Source: Deltaproteobacteria bacterium GWC2_42_11
Lineage (GTDB): Bacteria; Desulfobacterota; GWC2-55-46; UBA9637; GWC2-42-11
Reading direction: 5' to 3'
DNA length: 54,913 bases
Assembly (NCBI GenBank): GCA_001797495.1
Contig: MGPS01000013.1
Location: 21,258-76,170 of the forward strand
Under the pieces are notes generated by a model that was not told the DNA's origin, did no database searches, and saw only the letters and a program-made list of their open reading frames with translations. The position numbers and the translations under genes were made by a program. Of the stretch, positions 48,655-54,913 are shown in pieces. The first letter of the stretch is position 1, and each line of letters begins with the position of its first letter.

Positions 48655-49617
48655 ATGGACCCAATAACGCATGGTTTTTCAGGCATACTTATATCAAGGA
48701 CAGGTTTTTATCAGAGATGGGGAAGGGCAGCAAGCATTACCTTTGTTGCAGGTGCACTCATCCCTGATATTGACCACTTTACACTCCGTCTTGCAGGACC
48801 TGTTGCATACCTGAAATACCACAGGGGCTTTACCCATTCCATCATCGGCATAATCCCGCTTGCACTAATCATTGCATTTATTGTCCCCATGTTTTTCAAA
48901 CAGATAAGAGGAAAGGCGGATTATCTGACTTTTGCCGGCATGAGTGCTCTCGGCATCGGTACACACATATTCCTTGACATTATAACATCCTACGGCACAC
49001 AGGTGTTTTTCCCGTTTGATACATCCAGATACAGCCTTGACCTTGTATTCATAATTGACCCATATTTTTCCCTTATATTCATACTGCCGCCGCTCTTATG
49101 GATATTCATGAAAGACAGGGCAAAGATGATTGCATTTACTGCCATTATACTGATAGCCGCTTACCTTACAATGGCATATGTATTCAAAGGCATTGCCGTA
49201 CACAGGGCTGAAAAGGAAGCGGCAGGGATGTCTATAAATCCATCAAGGGTTGAGGCAGTCCCGCTGCCGTTTTCTCCATTCAAATGGTCTGTGTTTGTTG
49301 AAGATAAAGATAAATTCTACCAGATGAATGTGGATATACTCAGAGATAAAATATCTAAAGAGGCATTTGATAAGGTGTCTGCACAGGATGACATAATAAA
49401 AAAGGCTGAAACTCTTGAAGTGGTAAAGATATATAGGTGGTTTGCCAGATTTCCTGTTATCACCGCGGTTGAGTTGGGAGATGATTATGTTATTGAATAT
49501 TATGACATCAGATTTAATTCCATGCCGCCAAGAAAACCGTTTCTCCTAAAGGTTGTTCTGAATAAAAATGGTTCTTTCAAGGAAGGAGAACTCTCTTTTC
49601 ACAGTATAAAACCGTAA
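48655..49617 (+). CDS. DUF457/YdjM-family membrane-bound metal-dependent hydrolase
   Basis: MDPITHGFSG start, IPDIDH, several TM helices, and a soluble C-terminal extension. Confidence 0.7.
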   Translation: MDPITHGFSGILISRTGFYQRWGRAASITFVAGALIPDIDHFTLRLAGPVAYLKYHRGFTHSIIGIIPLALIIAFIVPMFFKQIRGKADYLTFAGMSALGIGTHIFLDIITSYGTQVFFPFDTSRYSLDLVFIIDPYFSLIFILPPLLWIFMKDRAKMIAFTAIILIAAYLTMAYVFKGIAVHRAEKEAAGMSINPSRVEAVPLPFSPFKWSVFVEDKDKFYQMNVDILRDKISKEAFDKVSAQDDIIKKAETLEVVKIYRWFARFPVITAVELGDDYVIEYYDIRFNSMPPRKPFLLKVVLNKNGSFKEGELSFHSIKP

Positions 49618-49629
49618 CCTATTCCATTT

Positions 49630-49658
49630 GGGGAAAATAGGGGCGGGGAAAATAGGGG
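49630..49658 (+). repeat. tandem GGGGAAAATAGGGGC x2 (canonical G-quadruplex motif)
   Basis: Four GGGG runs with loops of 6, 1 and 6 nt lie immediately after the DUF457 stop. Confidence 0.8.
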
Positions 49659-49929
49659 CAGCGACCATTAAAAAAGGAATTGCCCGCAACGGCAGATAAC
49701 ATTGGCTAAGCGGTTCATTATGCTCACCTAAATTGCTTCGCAATTCCGTTTAGCCTAACCGTTATCTGATAATGGCGGCGGAAAAGCCCAAATAATTATA
49801 GATAAGGGAGAGGGGGGTTTTTAAAGAGAAAGAGAAAGCCAAAGTGAAAGGAAGTTTGTTATCATTTATGGCTTATTGGATGTTAACAATAACACGATTT
49901 CTGAGATTTGGGAATGGGGAGGTTCATTG

Positions 49930-50979
49930 TTAAAACCCCGTTTCCATCTGCACCTTCTCCATCAATGTTCTAAACTTTTTACCCCCTGAACCTAAAATAA
50001 ACTTTATCTTATCCTTGCCTCTGCCGATTCCAAGTTCAACTGCCTTCTTTATCTGCCTCTGCTCCCAGACATCCTTTTCTGTAACCATCTTCCATTTGCC
50101 GAATGATTTTATTATGCCAAGTCCAACTATATCTGCTGCAACACGGTCTCCGCTTGCTATTATAAGGTTTGTATGTGCCGACGTCCCTTCCCACGGGCCT
50201 CCCTCTATCATTGAGACAGTACCGTCAACAATATTTAAATCAGGACGATAGGCAATGTTAAATTCTGATATGAGTTCTTCCCAATGGCTTGAGTCTACAA
50301 GATAAGGCCTTTGTTTCAGGTGAGTGCATCCGATGAAGTTTTTTAAAGTGATGGTATAGCTTGCAGACCTGTGTGTCTTTATGACAGGCAGATTTATGAT
50401 AATGTCCACATTGTAAATCCATTCTGTAACATACGCCTTATCAATATACAAAGCTCCTGGTAACACCACCTCAACCCAGTCATAATCTTCAAACACAATA
50501 ACCTCTGCACCCGCATCCTCTGCCGCCTTCTTTATCCCGTTCCGTTCCATATTTCTTACAGTGGAAAGAGTGGCAAGGGCAGACATGTCCCCAACATAGA
50601 CCTTTTTTGCCCCTTGTTCATAAAGAATTTCTACTGCTGCCTTTACAACCTCTGGATTTGTTGTCGCGGGATTTTTCTCCCCTGATACACAATTGGGTTT
50701 TACAAGGACAGTTTTCCCTTTCAGGTTGAGCCTTTCAAAGCCGCCTATGAGGGACACAGCCTCCCTTATCATCTCCTTTACTGTGCCGCTGCCTGCAGCG
50801 CTGACAAGCGATTTATCTCCTTCTGTAAAAAGGTCAGACAATATTCTCGGCTTCATCTTCTTTTTTGGCTTAAAGAATATATTTGCCACGGCTGGTCTCA
50901 TTCTGAAAGACAGGAGGAATAATAATACCCCGAAAAGGCTTAATATAAAACGGCGGGAAAACATAATTTTGAATAACAC
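49930..50979 (-). CDS. DUF362 domain-containing protein with an N-terminal signal/anchor
   Basis: VLVKPN, VIKTHR and DGTVSMIEGGP motifs are typical of DUF362. Confidence 0.6.
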   Translation of the reverse strand: MLFKIMFSRRFILSLFGVLLFLLSFRMRPAVANIFFKPKKKMKPRILSDLFTEGDKSLVSAAGSGTVKEMIREAVSLIGGFERLNLKGKTVLVKPNCVSGEKNPATTNPEVVKAAVEILYEQGAKKVYVGDMSALATLSTVRNMERNGIKKAAEDAGAEVIVFEDYDWVEVVLPGALYIDKAYVTEWIYNVDIIINLPVIKTHRSASYTITLKNFIGCTHLKQRPYLVDSSHWEELISEFNIAYRPDLNIVDGTVSMIEGGPWEGTSAHTNLIIASGDRVAADIVGLGIIKSFGKWKMVTEKDVWEQRQIKKAVELGIGRGKDKIKFILGSGGKKFRTLMEKVQMETGF

Positions 50980-51067
50980 ACTTGCTGATTTTAGTAAAGC
51001 TTTGCAATGAGGAAAATTACTGCCTTTGCACGGTTTCTATGGATGGAACTTGCAGGGTGCGGTATAA

Positions 51068-51160
51068 ATACAGACAGTCATTGACTATAGCCATGACATT
51101 GAGGCTAAGAGGCTAATAGGAAGAAATGAGCCGTGTCCGTGCGGCAGTCGTTGGAGATAA
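51068..51160 (+). pseudogene. C-terminal remnant carrying a SEC-C motif
   Basis: A start-less frame reads ...IGRNEPCPCGSRWR*. NEPCPCGS is the SecA/YecA-type SEC-C zinc motif. Confidence 0.4.
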
Positions 51161-51318
51161 AAATATTAACCTCTTAGCTTTTTAACCTCTTATTAAGATG
51201 CAGGATTGGCAGAGAAGAAATTGCCTAAGAAGGGGTCCTATCGGCTTTTACATTATATTTAAAACATATCCGTTTGTCCCTTGTCAAAGACAATAGGCAA
51301 TGATAGATTGAAATTCAA

Positions 51319-53721
51319 ATGACAAAAATAAAGATATACGCAGCAATCTTTCTCTTCTCATTTTCATCCCTTGCATATGAGATAGCCTTAATAAGGATAT
51401 TCTCCATCTCGCTATGGTATCATTTTGCATTTATGGTTATCAGTATAGCAATGCTAGGCATTGGCGCAAGCGGCACGGTTCTTTCACTCTATCCCAAAAT
51501 TGCAGGGGCGACCCCTGTGGCCAGCCAAAAGGGAGGAGATATCTCCTTCCCCTATGAACGGATTGGAATATACGGGCTGCTCCTTGGCGCGGGCATATCC
51601 TTAAGTTATATGCTTTCAAACCAGATACCCTTTGACCCCGTAAGGCTTGCATGGGAAAGAGTTCAGATTTTTTATATATGCCTTTACTACATGATACTTT
51701 CTATCCCATTTCTCTTTTTCGGGTTTTGTATGGCATCTGCGTTTTCCATAATAAGTGAAAAATCAGGGCTGTTATATGGCTCAGACCTCATTGGCGCAGG
51801 CACAGGCTCAATTGTCATTCTATTTTTATTGAGCATAACGCCTCCTGAGAAGGCTATTATTATTATATCTTCACTGGCATTATTGGGTGCATTTATCATT
51901 GGGCAGCGAAGGATAAAGATTGCTGCGCTGTGCTTGATTGCATCAAATTTCTTCCTTTTAATCATGCCGGACATCATTACTCCCAGAGTGTCTCCGTACA
52001 AAGCCCTTCAGGCTGCTTTAAAATTTCCTGGGGCAGAACATATCAGGACATACAACAGCCCATATTCACGTATAGACACATTTAAAAGCCCTGCGGCACG
52101 ATTTGCACCTGGGCTGAGCCTGAAATATCTTGACCCGCTTCCTGAACAGATCGGCATTTCCATAGATGGAGGTGAGATAAATGCTCTTACCGACGCCCGG
52201 GATAACCATGCACTCAGGTTTTTAACATACCTCCCCTCTGCCCTTTCTTATGAGATTGGCAAAAAAACGGATGTGTTAATTCTTGAGCCAAAAGGAGGCA
52301 TGGAGGTATTGCTTGCCCGCTATTACAACTCAAAAAACATCTATAAGGTTGATTCCAACCCGCAGGTCATAAAGGTCATACGAGATGATTTTACAGAATT
52401 TTCTCATGGTATCTATAGCCAGGATACATGGTCTGGCATGGGAAGGTCATGGCTTAAAAAGAGAGATAAAAAATTTGATGCCATTGATATTCCCTTAATG
52501 GGCGCATCACCAGGAGGCTTTTTTGGAATCTCAGAGGACTACAGATTTACTGTTGAGGCATTCAAAGAATATCTGGGGCATTTAAAAGATAATGGCATAC
52601 TGAGCATGCACCTCTTCATTCTCCATCCGCCAAGGGCAGAGTTAAGGCTTTTAAACACCATAGTTTTGGCAATGGATGAGAGCGGGATAGCGGATGCAGA
52701 TAAAAATATTGCAGCTATAAGAAGTTGGGGAACTGTATCTATCCTTGCAAAAAAATCGCCATTTTCTTTTGATGAAATAGAATCAGTCAAAAAATTTTGC
52801 AGGGAAAGGAGGTTTGACCTCATATATCTTCCGGGGATTACAGAACAAGAAACAAATATTTATGTGCGGCAGCCTTCAAATGAATATTTCGCGGCATTTA
52901 AGAGTATTCTTGATTTAGAAAATAGAAAGAGTTTTCAGCATAATTATATCTTTGACATAAGCCCTGTCCGGGATGAAAATCCGTTCTTTTCTTATTACTT
53001 AAGGCTCAAGAATATAAAAACAATCTACAGGCAGATGGGTGAAAAGTGGCAGTATTTTATAGAAGAGGGGTATCTTCTCCCTGTGGTTTTTATACAGGCT
53101 CTGCTCCTGAGTATCATTTTTATATTTCTCCCTGCTGTTGCAAAAAGGCATGGAGATGCGAAGGTTAAGGGCGGTTATTCATCCCTCATCTATTTTGCTC
53201 TCATCGGCATTGGCTTTATGTTTGTAGAAATCACCATGATTCAGAAGATGATACTCCCTCTGGAAAATCCTTCTTATGCTGTCAGCGTTGTCCTTACATC
53301 CATACTGATTAGCTCGGGTGCGGGAAGTCTTTTGAGCCACAAATTTTCCTTGCTAAGAAACCGGGCTATGCTTTTTGTAATCTCATTTCTCATCATTGCA
53401 TACAGCCTTGTTATACCCGCAATCTCTGATGTTATTTCTCTCCATGCATTGTCGGTTAAAATTGTCATCTCATTCATTGTGCTTATTCCGCTCGGTTTTC
53501 TCATGGGGATACCGTTTCCGCTCGGGATTAAATCACTCGGCGCAGGAAACCACTCTCTCATTCCGTGGGCATGGGCCGTCAATGGTTGTTTCTCTGTTCT
53601 AGCGCCTATACTCACCATCATGCTGGCTATAGTCATTGGTTTTAAGGCAGTTCTCTGGATGGGCGGTATTTCATATGTCCTTGCCTTTTTTACCTTGCCT
53701 TCTCCCAAAAATAGACATTGA
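51319..53721 (+). CDS. 800 aa polytopic membrane protein with a central spermidine-synthase-like domain
   Basis: About 7 N-terminal and about 6 C-terminal TM helices flank a soluble region arranged like the fused spermidine synthase-like membrane proteins. The usual GGGDG SAM-site motif is not evident (it reads LEPKGG). Confidence 0.45.
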   Translation: MTKIKIYAAIFLFSFSSLAYEIALIRIFSISLWYHFAFMVISIAMLGIGASGTVLSLYPKIAGATPVASQKGGDISFPYERIGIYGLLLGAGISLSYMLSNQIPFDPVRLAWERVQIFYICLYYMILSIPFLFFGFCMASAFSIISEKSGLLYGSDLIGAGTGSIVILFLLSITPPEKAIIIISSLALLGAFIIGQRRIKIAALCLIASNFFLLIMPDIITPRVSPYKALQAALKFPGAEHIRTYNSPYSRIDTFKSPAARFAPGLSLKYLDPLPEQIGISIDGGEINALTDARDNHALRFLTYLPSALSYEIGKKTDVLILEPKGGMEVLLARYYNSKNIYKVDSNPQVIKVIRDDFTEFSHGIYSQDTWSGMGRSWLKKRDKKFDAIDIPLMGASPGGFFGISEDYRFTVEAFKEYLGHLKDNGILSMHLFILHPPRAELRLLNTIVLAMDESGIADADKNIAAIRSWGTVSILAKKSPFSFDEIESVKKFCRERRFDLIYLPGITEQETNIYVRQPSNEYFAAFKSILDLENRKSFQHNYIFDISPVRDENPFFSYYLRLKNIKTIYRQMGEKWQYFIEEGYLLPVVFIQALLLSIIFIFLPAVAKRHGDAKVKGGYSSLIYFALIGIGFMFVEITMIQKMILPLENPSYAVSVVLTSILISSGAGSLLSHKFSLLRNRAMLFVISFLIIAYSLVIPAISDVISLHALSVKIVISFIVLIPLGFLMGIPFPLGIKSLGAGNHSLIPWAWAVNGCFSVLAPILTIMLAIVIGFKAVLWMGGISYVLAFFTLPSPKNRH

Positions 53722-53751
53722 TTTTTGGGGTTTTTAATCGCTATTTTACAG
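53704..53751 (-). mobile_element. MITE family 1, 48 bp internally deleted copy C, flanked by the 6 bp direct repeat CCTTCT
   Basis: CCCAAAAATAGACATTGATTTTTGGGG is joined directly to TTTTTAATCGCTATTTTACAG, so both termini of copies A/B are present without the central ~137 nt. CCTTCT is found at 53698-53703 and 53752-53757. Confidence 0.75.
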
Positions 53752-54463
53752 CCTTCTCCACCTCGCCAATCATAGGGACAAATCTCACGGAGGTTATCTC
53801 CTCAAGGTTAATCTCCCCCTTTATCTTTGTGGCAAGAATAAGGGTCTGGCTGTAGACAGTGCTGCCAAGCGGGATAACCATCCTTCCGCCTTCCTTTAAT
53901 TGTTTTATCAGCGGCGGTGGAATATGATTTGCAGCAGCAGTGATGATTATGGCATCAAACAATGCATATTCTTCCCAGCCAAAATATCCGTCCCCATACT
54001 TAACCTTTACATTTTTATAGCCCATCTCTTTAAGCCTTTTTTCAGCCTTTTCTGCAAGTTTTTTTCTAATCTCTATGGTATAAACCTCTTTCACTATCTC
54101 TGCAAGAATAGCCGCCTGATAGCCTGAACCTGTGCCTATCTCCAGAACCCTGTCAGAAGGCTTAAGCCGCAATACCTCGGTCATCAAAGCAACTACATAG
54201 GGCTGGGATATGGTCTGATCTTCATCTATGGGGAGGGGATAATCTTCATATGCTGAATTCTTAAGACGCTCATCAACAAAAAGGTGTCGGGGCATCTTTC
54301 CCATCACATCCAAAACCTTTTTATCCGTGATACCCCGTCCTTGTATATCCTTCTTCACCATTATTTGCCGTTTTTTTTCATATACATCCTGTGAATAGGC
54401 AGGGAGGATGGATAGAATCAGTATGCTTAAGAAAAAAAGAGGGATGTATTTACGGTTTGTCAT
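53741..54463 (-). CDS. pcm: protein-L-isoaspartate O-methyltransferase with an N-terminal signal peptide
   Basis: [15 protein letters not shown] and the [17 protein letters not shown] motif. The first ~24 aa are hydrophobic and signal-like. Confidence 0.9.
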   Translation of the reverse strand: MTNRKYIPLFFLSILILSILPAYSQDVYEKKRQIMVKKDIQGRGITDKKVLDVMGKMPRHLFVDERLKNSAYEDYPLPIDEDQTISQPYVVALMTEVLRLKPSDRVLEIGTGSGYQAAILAEIVKEVYTIEIRKKLAEKAEKRLKEMGYKNVKVKYGDGYFGWEEYALFDAIIITAAANHIPPPLIKQLKEGGRMVIPLGSTVYSQTLILATKIKGEINLEEITSVRFVPMIGEVEKAVK

Positions 54464-54837
54464 TTAGTTAGTTTCTCTTGAGGGAATAAGGGGGGATAAA
54501 GGGGATGCAGCCCTTTCAGGCATATCCACATCATCAACGAATATATCCTCTCTGTCTGCGTGTGCATGGACGCACAGGCAGGTCTGCTGTACCCCTGTAC
54601 CCCTTTTGGGTTACACATGATAAGGAATACCTTATATTACTGCTCTTGCTATCCGCGGCATAGTGCCTTATTCATATAACTCCAGACAACGAAAGTCAAG
54701 AAAAGGGTTGTGTCCCCTTTATCTCCATATTATGAAAGTCCATGCCTTTCTATCAAAAATTCATAAAATTTGAAAGATTAAATTAACTTCCTTTTTTCAA
54801 AATCTGACAACAGGCGAAAAAACAGGCGAAAAAATGC

Positions 54838-54864
54838 TTGACAAAAGAAAGGGGGAGGTATAAT
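54838..54864 (+). promoter_or_regulatory. putative sigma70 promoter
   Basis: TTGACA (54838-54843) and TATAAT (54859-54864), but with a short 15 nt spacer. It is preceded by tandem ACAGGCGAAAAA x2. Confidence 0.4.
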
Positions 54865-54888
54865 TTACAGTCGAAAAAAGAGGTAGAT

Positions 54889-54913
54889 ATGTCAGAAGTT
54901 CAAACTGCCTTTC
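54889..54913 (+). CDS. 5' end of an unidentified ORF (MSEVQTAF...), runs off the window
   Basis: An ATG lies 7 nt after AGAGGTAG, downstream of the putative promoter. Only 8 codons are visible. Confidence 0.3.

Noticed and set aside
45338-48700. attR copy of the tRNA-Ala 3' end to delimit the island
   Set aside because: I could not find a convincing direct repeat of GGTTCGATCCCCCTCAGCTCCACCA by eye, so the boundary is left undefined and not asserted.
54540-54600. GC-rich CTGTCTGCGTGTGCATGGACGCACAGGCAGG as a regulatory palindrome upstream of pcm
   Set aside because: When written out, the two arms are not actually complementary. It only looks symmetric.

Overview
This 54.9 kb window is AT-rich bacterial chromosome and mostly housekeeping. 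The gene order (pilB-pilT-pilC-pilS-pilR, xerC-hslVU, a hemA/hemC cluster) suggests an uncultured Deltaproteobacteria- or Nitrospirota-like organism; that placement is inference only.

Core blocks:
- dsbC-like, sirC-like, ccsA/hemX-like, hemA, hemC (minus strand)
- glyS and ppdK
- lolA, ftsK, dcd (minus strand)
- ffh, rpsP, KH protein, rimM, trmD, rplS, rnhB, yraN
- xerC, hslV, hslU
- argB, argD, argF, argG
- FAH-family hydrolase, class I aminotransferase, folK
- pilB, pilT, pilC, pilS, pilR
- der, era (minus strand)
- tRNA-Ala(GGC)
- DUF457, DUF362, an 800 aa spermidine-synthase-like membrane protein, and pcm

Accessory content:
1. An HNH restriction / beta-class methyltransferase pair sits between glyS and ppdK. 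Both genes are disrupted: an in-frame TAA in R and a G8 homopolymer frameshift in M.
2. A second, intact-looking M + PD-ExK R pair follows argG.
3. A decayed island lies next to tRNA-Ala. It holds an integrase remnant, tandem truncated copies of a divergent DUF4143 ATPase / Cas4-like PD-(D/E)XK nuclease gene pair with a shared palindromic operator-like site, and a 5'-truncated Fic gene. This is my best candidate for an uncharacterised module.
4. Several families of miniature palindromic or inverted-repeat elements are present. Three of them have clear target-site duplications.
   - One family has two 184-185 bp near-identical copies in inverted orientation 28 kb apart.
   - The same family has a 48 bp derivative that supplies the stop codons of two convergent genes.
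5. Short G-quadruplex- or hairpin-forming sequences are inserted in frame into hemC, glyS and a methyltransferase gene.

No CRISPR array and no rRNA were seen. All calls come from reading the translations and the DNA by eye; no database search was run.
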